A stretch of 64,000 bases of DNA, taken from positions 1 to 64,000 of the IMG/VR virus record IMGVR_UViG_3300024269_000049, one strand, 5' to 3'. The notes under the pieces are model-generated. The model was not told the origin of the DNA, did not search any database, and saw only the letters and a list, made by a program, of their open reading frames with translations. Positions within the stretch are counted from its first letter, which is position 1; every line of letters starts with the position of its first letter. Below are positions 32,275-40,763 of this stretch, piece after piece. Made by a program: the position numbers and the translations under genes. Source of the DNA: an uncultured virus (IMG/VR IMGVR_UViG_3300024269_000049). Lineage: Duplodnaviria > Heunggongvirae > Uroviricota > Caudoviricetes.

Positions 32275-33519
32275 CTATTTTTGTTTTTTTAATACAACTT
32301 GTACTTCTGCTACTAATTCACCAGCATCTTTAGCCATAACTATAGTTGTTTTGGATACTCTATAATTACCACCATATAATTTATTAAGTTTTTGATCTTC
32401 GTATGTTATTAGTATTTCTTTATTAGGTGATACAACTTCCATATCAACTCCTATTAAACTAACTAAGCATATACATTCATTTTCTTCTATTCTAGTTTGT
32501 AAATCACTTATAGCATTTGATTCATTCTCTTTAGTCATTAATATTTGTTCATTAGTAGAATTAACTTTAGTTGTATTTGGGTTTATTTGTGAATTTGAAT
32601 TCGATTTTGCATTTATAATTCTTATTTTATTTCCATTTATTTGATTACTCATTATATTAGTATTTTTAATATCAACCCTTTCTGTATTACAGAAAACATG
32701 GGTTTGTTTTCTATCTTTATCTATAAATTGTCCATTCATTTGGCTGTCACTAGATTCTTGATCTGATATATGTAAATGTGTTATACACACTTCATTTTTT
32801 CTCCATGCAGTACATTTATAGTTTTTATCTATTAAATATGCTGTATCTACATCATAAAAAAGAAGCATACCTTTTTGATAAAAAGGTTTCTGATTATTTA
32901 AATATAATATAGTATCAACAGTATTCCCTGATGGTACTGTAAAATTGGATAATGAAGGATTGCTATCTAACTTAGACATCAGCAACTGAGATATACCTGA
33001 TTCTTGCATTATATAAATTAATAAATCTGACATAAGTGCTGATTGTATTGATAAATTAAAATACTTTTTACATTTAGTTACTTCATCAGTAAATAAATAA
33101 AAATCTCTTACGTTAGTACCTAAAGTAACAGCTTCATCCCCTTCTCCACCTTTTTTAGTTTCAACATTTCTATTATCCTCTATAACATTTTCTTTATCTT
33201 TAAAGCATACAAACATTTCGTTGAATGCCATTTCATATTTAAGAAAATTCATATCCCTGTCATAAATATTTCTTACTAATCTAAGTCTAAACTTAACAGT
33301 ATCATTCTCTTGTTTAATTTTATGATATAATTCATCCTTTATAGTTAGTGATATATTTACTATAGGAAAATATAACTCATCATAATCTTTTTCCATATAA
33401 ATGGATGTAACCATATCGCCATTTAATTTTTCTATACCACCATCTTGAAATATAATATCAAAGTTATCAACCTTATATTTAATAAGATTTTTATTTTCTC
33501 TCATCTCTTTAGTAATCAT
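32275..33519 (-). CDS. Baseplate hub/tail protein-like structural protein
   Basis: SIYMEKDY..YFP N-terminus and GGNYRVSK C-terminus resemble gp27/GpD-type hubs. Confidence 0.5.
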   Translation of the reverse strand: MITKEMRENKNLIKYKVDNFDIIFQDGGIEKLNGDMVTSIYMEKDYDELYFPIVNISLTIKDELYHKIKQENDTVKFRLRLVRNIYDRDMNFLKYEMAFNEMFVCFKDKENVIEDNRNVETKKGGEGDEAVTLGTNVRDFYLFTDEVTKCKKYFNLSIQSALMSDLLIYIMQESGISQLLMSKLDSNPSLSNFTVPSGNTVDTILYLNNQKPFYQKGMLLFYDVDTAYLIDKNYKCTAWRKNEVCITHLHISDQESSDSQMNGQFIDKDRKQTHVFCNTERVDIKNTNIMSNQINGNKIRIINAKSNSNSQINPNTTKVNSTNEQILMTKENESNAISDLQTRIEENECICLVSLIGVDMEVVSPNKEILITYEDQKLNKLYGGNYRVSKTTIVMAKDAGELVAEVQVVLKKQK

Positions 33520-33589
33520 AAAACCAACCTCCTTATATAAAATTGTATTTTTAGTAAAAAAATAATAAGGACGAAATCGTCCTTATTAT

Positions 33590-34024
33590 TTATTCTGATA
33601 AAACAAATCTAACATCTATTTTTGTCTTAGCATTTAATTCTGCTAATATATCTTCTAATAAATCTCCATTTACGAATAGACCTGAATTATCTCCTAAAGA
33701 TAATACTATTGTATTTATATCTGTATTCTTTATAGATTCTAAATATACGTATACTTGATTTATATCTTGTGCATTTTTAGGATATAATGCTATAGGATTA
33801 TAATCTCCTAATAATATTATTTTATCAATATCGTATAAGAATTCTTTATTTGTTTTTACAAAATCTATAAAGTTATTTATATAATGTCTATCTGTTATTC
33901 TAGCTTGAACTCTATCAAGTTTCCATCCATAGCAGATTACTTCTCCTTGTTTATAATTATTCCATTTAGTTATATTCATCATAATTATTACCTCCAAAAT
34001 TATTTTATAATATCTCTTATCCAA
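33590..34024 (-). CDS. Hypothetical protein (probable start about 33980)
   Basis: GGAGG RBS at about 33990. Confidence 0.65.
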   Translation of the reverse strand: MDKRYYKIILEVIIMMNITKWNNYKQGEVICYGWKLDRVQARITDRHYINNFIDFVKTNKEFLYDIDKIILLGDYNPIALYPKNAQDINQVYVYLESIKNTDINTIVLSLGDNSGLFVNGDLLEDILAELNAKTKIDVRFVLSE

Positions 34025-34671
34025 TTAGGACATGTGGATACTTCATTACATTTAGGATGTCTTTTATACACTTTATTTACTTCTTCATTATCTATTGGTT
34101 TCATATTCCAACTTATTTCTTCATAATCATCATATGAATAAACATCTTCACGGAACTTAGAAATTATTTCTTCTTTTACAGGGTTACTGTAATATATTTG
34201 TTGTATAAGTTCAGCTTCTAATATTTCTTTAGAAACGTTATATAATCTATCATAATCATAATCTGGATTATTTATACACTCATCTAATATACCTAAATTT
34301 ACTTTCAATCTTTGATTCTTATCATCAGTTTCATTTAGGTATCCTCTTTCTCGTTCTATTTTACAGACATGTTTTCTTAATTTACCCACAACACTGTCAT
34401 ATCTGTCTAATAATTTGTATAAAGCTTTTGTATTTATATATCTACATTCATAGGTATATGTGTTTCCTCTAAAATCTTCAGTTTCTTCTTCAAATATACA
34501 TTTATCTCTATCATCAATTTGATCTAACCATGTATTTTTTATCAAACTTTCATTATAACCAAATGCTGAAGCTATACAATACATCTTATACCATATGTCA
34601 CCCTTTTCTTCATACCATTGTATAAGCACATCATCAAATTCATCATAATAATTATTTGGAACTATTACCAT
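34000..34671 (-). CDS. Bro-N-like DNA-binding protein
   Basis: GDIWY.MYCIASAFGY...YINTKALYKLL matches the Bro-N pattern; AAGGAG RBS before ATG 34671. Confidence 0.65.
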   Translation of the reverse strand: MVIVPNNYYDEFDDVLIQWYEEKGDIWYKMYCIASAFGYNESLIKNTWLDQIDDRDKCIFEEETEDFRGNTYTYECRYINTKALYKLLDRYDSVVGKLRKHVCKIERERGYLNETDDKNQRLKVNLGILDECINNPDYDYDRLYNVSKEILEAELIQQIYYSNPVKEEIISKFREDVYSYDDYEEISWNMKPIDNEEVNKVYKRHPKCNEVSTCPNWIRDIIK

Positions 34672-34697
34672 ATAAATCACTCCTTTATTTTTTATTT

Positions 34698-34907
34698 GAA
34701 TAATTATCATCAGATGTAAGCTTATAATTTTTTATAAGATATTTATAGTTTACCCTGAAACGCAGCTGGTATATATACCACTCCGTAGGTCCCTTATTAG
34801 ACCACCGCACTTTTGAGCGTAAACCAATGTGGTTAGTCTCCCACATCTGTATATACATTTATATCTTTTATTTGTAATTATAAGCTTAAACCTGATGATA
34901 ATTATTC
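34698..34907 (-). ncRNA. Candidate structured non-coding RNA closed by a 32-nt inverted repeat
   Basis: Arms 34698-34729 and 34876-34907 match at 30/32; GC-rich multi-hairpin core; early promoter at 34923-34930. Confidence 0.6.
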
Positions 34908-34922
34908 TTATATTACATTTTT

Positions 34923-34955
34923 ATAATATATAATCGAAATTTTACCTTTTTACAC
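34923..34955 (-). promoter_or_regulatory. Early promoter motif
   Basis: GTAAAAAGGTAAAATTTC-GATTA-TATATTAT. Confidence 0.7.
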
Positions 34956-34956
34956 T

Positions 34957-35307
34957 TTATCTAAAGGTATGATCTTTTTTAAGTTCTGCTTCTAAAGCAT
35001 CTAGCTTTAATTGGATAGCATCGTGTTGACTTAATAGTTTTAGATATTCACCATATATAGTTTCTGTATTTTGTAATAATATTATTAAAGCAGCTTTAGT
35101 TATAAATAAAACTTCACTATCACCTTCTACTACATTTTTAAATGTAAATAGATGTTTATACCATTCCATATTAACAGGTATAACTCTTTTAATATCATCC
35201 ACTTTATACCACCAAACATTACTTTCATCCATAAAGTTTTCTATCATATGTTTTTCCACAAATACTTCTAATATATTATTAAATGATTTCATAATTATTA
35301 CCTCCAA
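34957..35307 (-). CDS. Small Bro-N-like protein
   Basis: NVWWYKVDDI...LFITKAALIILL pattern followed by coiled coil. Confidence 0.55.
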   Translation of the reverse strand: MEVIIMKSFNNILEVFVEKHMIENFMDESNVWWYKVDDIKRVIPVNMEWYKHLFTFKNVVEGDSEVLFITKAALIILLQNTETIYGEYLKLLSQHDAIQLKLDALEAELKKDHTFR

Positions 35308-36371
35308 TTTATTTTTAATTTTCTTTTCTTTATTCCTGTATTTATTTCTATTATGTTTAAAGGATATTCATTAAAGTAATCGTTATTAATTACTTTCATA
35401 TACCCTCCATCATGCTTATCAATTATTTGATTTAAAATATATTTTTCTTCAACATCTGATATCTTTTTATACTGTTCATATATACTAGTTGTCATATAAT
35501 TAATCAGAAAATCATTCTGAAAATTTTCATTAATTAAACAGATTAAACTATTTACATTTTCAATATCAATTGTAATTATATTATTCATTAATCCTTTATT
35601 TATTTCATTATATATTCTTGATATTCCCATTCCTTTTATTTTATCGATATTTCTATATTTGTCTCCTAGCACTGAAATTATAAAAGGTAAAAAGTTTTTA
35701 TCAGGATTAGGAATATTATTACATTTAGTTTTAGATTTCAAAATATCCATAACATTTACTGAATCTATTAATGTAGATTTATCCATTTTAGGTTTAAGGA
35801 TTATAAACCCATCTTTAATATATTGGTAATCATACCTGTCATCAGTTATTATGAAATTCTTATTTTCATCAGTTTTAAAATGTTTACTTATTACTAGAGG
35901 AACTACACTGGGTTCAATTATTCCACTTGTAATAAAGTTCACTCCTTCAACATATTTAAGCAACGTTTTAATCATCTTAATACTGTCTTCATATGTTTTT
36001 CCTATAGAAGTTGTTTCTTTTGTATTTATTAACATTAATTTAGTTCTATAATCTTTATTATATTCTCTATTAAGATAATCTACATCAATAGATTCAGGAC
36101 CATATACAAATATTCTACTACATACAGATTTCTTATGGAAATAATATCTGTAGTGAGCAATTAAATTAAATACACACGAAGTTAATATGATATTTCTTTT
36201 CGAAGATTGAATTATATTTTCTTTATCTGTTATAGAAGAAGTTAATTTCTTTAATATTGATTCTAGATTTATATAGATAAATACTTCTTCTCCTTTAATA
36301 AATGTAAATTCTTCTAATAACTCATCTAATTTTAGATATTTTATTTTAAACATATTGAAGTATAATTCCAT
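35298..36371 (-). CDS. FEN/T4 RNase H-like 5'-3' exonuclease (divergent)
   Basis: IITDDRYDYQY and LGDKYRNIDKIKGMG (H3TH) motifs; AGGAGG RBS before ATG 36371. Confidence 0.7.
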   Translation of the reverse strand: MELYFNMFKIKYLKLDELLEEFTFIKGEEVFIYINLESILKKLTSSITDKENIIQSSKRNIILTSCVFNLIAHYRYYFHKKSVCSRIFVYGPESIDVDYLNREYNKDYRTKLMLINTKETTSIGKTYEDSIKMIKTLLKYVEGVNFITSGIIEPSVVPLVISKHFKTDENKNFIITDDRYDYQYIKDGFIILKPKMDKSTLIDSVNVMDILKSKTKCNNIPNPDKNFLPFIISVLGDKYRNIDKIKGMGISRIYNEINKGLMNNIITIDIENVNSLICLINENFQNDFLINYMTTSIYEQYKKISDVEEKYILNQIIDKHDGGYMKVINNDYFNEYPLNIIEINTGIKKRKLKINWR

Positions 36372-36420
36372 ATAATTAAAGACCTCCTTTCTGAATATTC
36401 TACATTTTCTAAACATTCAA

Positions 36421-36645
36421 TCATTCCTTTTCTCCATATAAAGCTGGATAGATTAAATATATTCCTTTAGATTTATTCTCTATACAATATCCTTCTCTAT
36501 TTAACTTATCTGTTAAAGGAACTATTATAATTGCACTACAAATTATATACGTAGTTAATATATTAAATCTAGAATTAAAGAATAATAATAATTGAATTAT
36601 AAAGAATAATAAATTTGAAATAATCTGCCTACCATCCGTATCCAA
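36421..36645 (-). CDS. Small membrane protein
   Basis: Two hydrophobic segments, GGAGGTG RBS, TTG start. Confidence 0.6.
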   Translation of the reverse strand: MDTDGRQIISNLLFFIIQLLLFFNSRFNILTTYIICSAIIIVPLTDKLNREGYCIENKSKGIYLIYPALYGEKE

Positions 36646-36662
36646 GATATAATCACCTCCTT

Positions 36663-37037
36663 CTAATCATACATTGGAATATCTACTACTGTATATCCTT
36701 CATCGTCTATATAAACGCAATCTATATGATCTTCACAATCTTCAAATGATTTTATTTCCGTATCAGTTCTTCTCATATTTTTAACTAACACTTCTTTTAT
36801 TTTATCTATACTACCATATCCCCTATCTAATAGAATATCTACTAGCATATCACATTCATCATCCGATAAAGATATTCCTTTACCAACAAAATTTGTATTT
36901 TTATCTACTATTCTTATATCCATAGTTACTGGATTGTCTCCCCAAATCATTCTCATAACTGATTTAGTTTTATTTGTATAATCTTTTAAATCTGCTACAT
37001 GTTCAATTACTTCACTTTTAAATTCTTTTTTAGCCAT
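36663..37037 (-). CDS. PC4/YdbC-like ssDNA-binding protein
   Basis: W......MDIR......GKGISL...E motif. Confidence 0.8.
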   Translation of the reverse strand: MAKKEFKSEVIEHVADLKDYTNKTKSVMRMIWGDNPVTMDIRIVDKNTNFVGKGISLSDDECDMLVDILLDRGYGSIDKIKEVLVKNMRRTDTEIKSFEDCEDHIDCVYIDDEGYTVVDIPMYD

Positions 37038-37090
37038 AACATTACCTCCTAATTTTCAAATTAATAATTTGTTAATATTTAAATTAAAAT

Positions 37091-37335
37091 ATATGTGAAT
37101 AACCTTTAAAGGTTATTCACATATCAAAAATATATTTAAATAAGGAGATGATTTTATATAATACAATATAGGTTAATTGATTGTTATTATGATTATTTTT
37201 CAGAAGGTTTTAAGTTGTCCATAAAATGGACGTACCTTCCTAACCATAATTAAATTATAACAACTTCTTCACTCACCCTTTTAAGAGGGTTCGTTTTGTT
37301 TCTTAATGCTTTGCTTTAAGAAGTTGTTGGTGTGT
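37091..37335 (-). ncRNA. Candidate small RNA with two structured domains, anti-SD tail and terminator
   Basis: Early promoter at 37345-37352, no ORF, nested stems, AUCAUCUCCUU near the 3' end, hairpin at 37091-37124. Confidence 0.5.
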
Positions 37336-37425
37336 TGATAAATTATAATATATTTTTTATGAAATTTAATTTACTGTAACAATTATTATTCTCGAGGAAC
37401 GTAAAAAAATAATAAGTAGCCTAGG

Positions 37426-37626
37426 CTACTTATTATATCTTAGTAGGTGTTTACCGTCTACCCAATAAGCACCATATTTTTCAAACTTAACTAGATAATA
37501 ATCTGGAACTGTTTTATCCATTACTACACCCATTGTACCTACTTCTATAAATAATGCTGGAACTACTTCAGTTGTTTCTATTAATGTTACTATATCAAAT
37601 TCGTTGAAAGGTTTATAAGTTGTCAT
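37426..37626 (-). CDS. Small SH3-barrel-like hypothetical protein (DUF4926-like)
   Basis: EFDIVTL...VGTMGVV......YLVKF pattern. Confidence 0.55.
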   Translation of the reverse strand: MTTYKPFNEFDIVTLIETTEVVPALFIEVGTMGVVMDKTVPDYYLVKFEKYGAYWVDGKHLLRYNK

Positions 37627-37712
37627 AATATACCGTCTCCTTGATTATTGATTATTTTTATTTTGGAACATATAAAATGGAGTATAGTCTATGACTATAC
37701 TCCATTAATTAT

Positions 37713-38363
37713 CTATCTTCTACCACCATTATATCTTTGTGGTTGATTTTGATTTTGTGGTCTATTATTAAATTTACTTCCTTGAGATTGTAATATCTTT
37801 GTCATTCTATTTACATTGTTAACATTTTTAGATTTGTATACAGATACTAATATTGTTATATCACTTGTTCCATGCATTTTAACATCATCTATAGACACTG
37901 CGTAACCCTTAGCAGGGTTCATCATCTCAGCGACTATTGCAGCTAAATCAACTCTGAATAATATCGCATCTTCTTTGTTTAATACTGATGGACCATATCC
38001 AGGCATCTTAATTCTATCTATAGATTTAAGAACTGCTTCGTTGATCTTACCTCCTCTTGAACTGTTGATACCTGGTATAGGTATCATACCGTTCATGTTT
38101 TGTTGTTGTCTTCCTTGACTATTAGCTTTGTATCCTATTGCTAACATACCTTGTATTTCACCCGTTTCAGAATCTTTTGAATATATCATACCGACCTCCC
38201 CTTTAAGGTCTTTTATGAATCCTTGTAGGAAATCTAATATATCTGCACCTGTAACTTTAGCTAAAGATCCTAAATAACATCTGTGCATAAAACTATTATC
38301 TGAAACACCTTGTATAACGTTAACTCCATTATTGTTTCTTTCTACATTATTATTCATACTCAT
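37713..38363 (-). CDS. Hypothetical early protein with N/Q-rich tail
   Basis: Strong RBS, early promoter at 38447-38454, terminator at 37677-37705. Confidence 0.75.
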   Translation of the reverse strand: MSMNNNVERNNNGVNVIQGVSDNSFMHRCYLGSLAKVTGADILDFLQGFIKDLKGEVGMIYSKDSETGEIQGMLAIGYKANSQGRQQQNMNGMIPIPGINSSRGGKINEAVLKSIDRIKMPGYGPSVLNKEDAILFRVDLAAIVAEMMNPAKGYAVSIDDVKMHGTSDITILVSVYKSKNVNNVNRMTKILQSQGSKFNNRPQNQNQPQRYNGGRR

Positions 38364-38500
38364 AATTTGTTTCCTCCTTAAATTTTAAATATATTTTTTA
38401 TTTGGAACATAGAAATGTATTATAATTATTTTCTATATTCACTATTATAATATAGTACTGAAATTTTACGTTTTACACTTACGATATTGTATACTGATTT

Positions 38501-38929
38501 TTAAATTTTAATAGCGTACTCTTTATACACATATCCTTGTTCTATTCTATACCACTGTTCAGATTCTTCTAAAATTTTAACTTCTTCTCCGTAATATAAT
38601 ACACCGATCCTTTCCGATTCTATATTTGGTTCTTGTCTTATATTAAGACCTTGTTCACTAGTGACTTTAATATACATTTCTTCAACCTCGTCAGGTTCAT
38701 CATTTGTTATAGCAATTTCTTCTTTACCTTCAACAACTACTTTTATTTTATTACCATCTTCTTTAACATCTACTGCAACATCTACGTTGTTTATTTCTAC
38801 AAATACTTCAGGTTTCATTTCTTCTATATATGAATCTATTTCTTTATTTATAGCTATTATTGAAAATATCATTCCTGTTAAACATAACACAAATAATATT
38901 AGTAACGGTCTTAAACTTAATTTATACAT
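38501..38929 (-). CDS. Membrane-anchored SH3b domain protein
   Basis: N-terminal TM; GLNIRQEP...IGVL..GEEV......WYRI..GYV..EY. Confidence 0.85.
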   Translation of the reverse strand: MYKLSLRPLLILFVLCLTGMIFSIIAINKEIDSYIEEMKPEVFVEINNVDVAVDVKEDGNKIKVVVEGKEEIAITNDEPDEVEEMYIKVTSEQGLNIRQEPNIESERIGVLYYGEEVKILEESEQWYRIEQGYVYKEYAIKI

Positions 38930-38999
38930 ATAAATTACCTCCTAATTTTCGATATTAAATATACTGATTTGTTATAAAGTTAAAAAAATAAAGAAGGGA

Positions 39000-39947
39000 T
39001 TATTTCCCTTCTTTATTTTCTGGTTTTTCTTTAGCATCTAATTCACCATCATCTATTTTTCTACCTGTAGCAGCAGAAACTAACGCTTTAGCAACACCAT
39101 ATTCTTCGTTAAATAATATTGTCATGACTTTAGCATAACCTCTAATCTGTTCATTTATTTTTCTCATGTTACTATTTATCATTTTTAATTCATTATTAGC
39201 TCTATTAGATTTTTTCTCTTTATCAGTATCACCTTTTTGTCTAATATTGTTTATTGCATGGTTGTAAACATTTTGTACTTTAGCCTTCAATCCCTCTAAT
39301 TTTTTATTAGCATCAGGTAATTCCGTTAAAATATTATGAACTGCTATAACGTTAACTTGAGATAGTTTTATTTCTTTTTTATGTTTATCACTTAATCTAA
39401 ATGTTTCAAGTAATACGTTTAAATATTTTTCATCTTCATCTTCTTGGTTTACATCTCCATCATCATAATCTTCAGGTCTTAATTTTATAGAATGTGCTCT
39501 AGTATCATTTATCAATCTATGAATATTATTAAGACATTTACTTTGTATACTAGGGAAAGCCATTTTATTAGGATGATATTCTATCATCTTATCATTTTCA
39601 CCATTTCTTATTTTTACTACACATTTATTCAAATCATATTTTTTAACAAATCTAGCTCCTGCTTCAAACTTTTCTCTATATATACCAACCATATGTAAAA
39701 TCCATTTAATAACACGTTTCATTTGCTCAGTTAATTTTTTGATTATACCATTTTTACTAGTTTCTACAGATTCTTCAGCCTCTTCTTTTATGATTCGTAA
39801 TTTATTACTATCATAACTCACATATAATAAATTTTCAAACATTTCTTCTTCAGTTATATAAAATTCTTGAATTTCTTGATACTCACTTTCAACCATTTCT
39901 TCTCGTCTAGCATCAAAAATATCATATATGTTTTTCACTATTATCAC
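39000..39947 (-). CDS. Internal head-like virion protein
   Basis: MVES, ITEE, IKEEA motifs followed by an amphipathic KRVIKWI helix, like 30114-31154. Confidence 0.55.
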   Translation of the reverse strand: MIIVKNIYDIFDARREEMVESEYQEIQEFYITEEEMFENLLYVSYDSNKLRIIKEEAEESVETSKNGIIKKLTEQMKRVIKWILHMVGIYREKFEAGARFVKKYDLNKCVVKIRNGENDKMIEYHPNKMAFPSIQSKCLNNIHRLINDTRAHSIKLRPEDYDDGDVNQEDEDEKYLNVLLETFRLSDKHKKEIKLSQVNVIAVHNILTELPDANKKLEGLKAKVQNVYNHAINNIRQKGDTDKEKKSNRANNELKMINSNMRKINEQIRGYAKVMTILFNEEYGVAKALVSAATGRKIDDGELDAKEKPENKEGK

Positions 39948-40752
39948 ATCCCTTTACAGTTAGTCTAATTGATTTAGATTCTGTCATAAGATAGTATTCA
40001 TTTTTCTTTTTAGTATTTCTATATATATTAAACTGAGTACCGTTTTTATGGTGTATTAATTGTAATTTACCATTATTAAATACTTGTGTAATGGACTCTA
40101 TTCCATGTTGTTCTAATATAAATCTATCTATTATATTTGCTGCTTCTAAACAATTATATTTTTCTGCAATTTTGTTTATTTTATTAATAATGTCACCATT
40201 TATATCATAATCAACACTCTCAGTAACATAATCACCATTAATAGGCATATCGATCAATTCTTCTTCATAACCAACTTTATTATATCTTAAATACGATTCA
40301 AGTTGTTGATAATTAAAAGAAGATTTAGCTTTATCTTCATCATAATTAATATTATATCTACTGGACTCACAGTTATATAAATTACATATTCTTTGATTTA
40401 CATTTTCAAGTTTTTTCTTATATATAGGAAAATCTTGTAATGTCATCACGCTTAATAATAATCTTTGTACATGTGATTCCATTAAGACATTCTGACCCAT
40501 GATAAATTCAATATCATTTAAAGCATTTTCAATAGCATATTCATTATAAGTCCCTATAATATTATTTTCAACTATAGATACAGCACTTTCAAATATATTA
40601 AGTAAATCTTTATGTGTAGGATAATCTCTTAAATATTCTTTATTTGCGATAGCATTTCCTTCTTTACAATATTTACACACTTCATATACACTTTTTATCT
40701 GTTTAACTTCTTTCTGCATAGTTTCTAAAATGTTTTTATTAAATTCTTGCAT
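39922..40752 (-). CDS. Putative head protein
   Basis: IFES, LMES, QLES, VTES, GIES, MTES motifs. Confidence 0.5.
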   Translation of the reverse strand: MQEFNKNILETMQKEVKQIKSVYEVCKYCKEGNAIANKEYLRDYPTHKDLLNIFESAVSIVENNIIGTYNEYAIENALNDIEFIMGQNVLMESHVQRLLLSVMTLQDFPIYKKKLENVNQRICNLYNCESSRYNINYDEDKAKSSFNYQQLESYLRYNKVGYEEELIDMPINGDYVTESVDYDINGDIINKINKIAEKYNCLEAANIIDRFILEQHGIESITQVFNNGKLQLIHHKNGTQFNIYRNTKKKNEYYLMTESKSIRLTVKGCDNSEKHI

Positions 40753-40763
40753 ACAGACACCTC

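Noticed and set aside
31162..32282. Near-identical hairpins as mobile element ends
   Set aside because: Both sit right after stop codons with A/T tracts, consistent with ordinary terminators; no transposase
34755..34898. Hammerhead ribozyme (GAAA at ~34757, CUGAUGA at ~34892 and on the minus strand)
   Set aside because: CUGAUGA is buried in the long terminal stem, and stems I-III cannot be assembled with correct spacing
34698..34907. Retron msr-msd or tRNA
   Set aside because: No reverse transcriptase in the window; the four-way junction lacks canonical D/T loops and CCA
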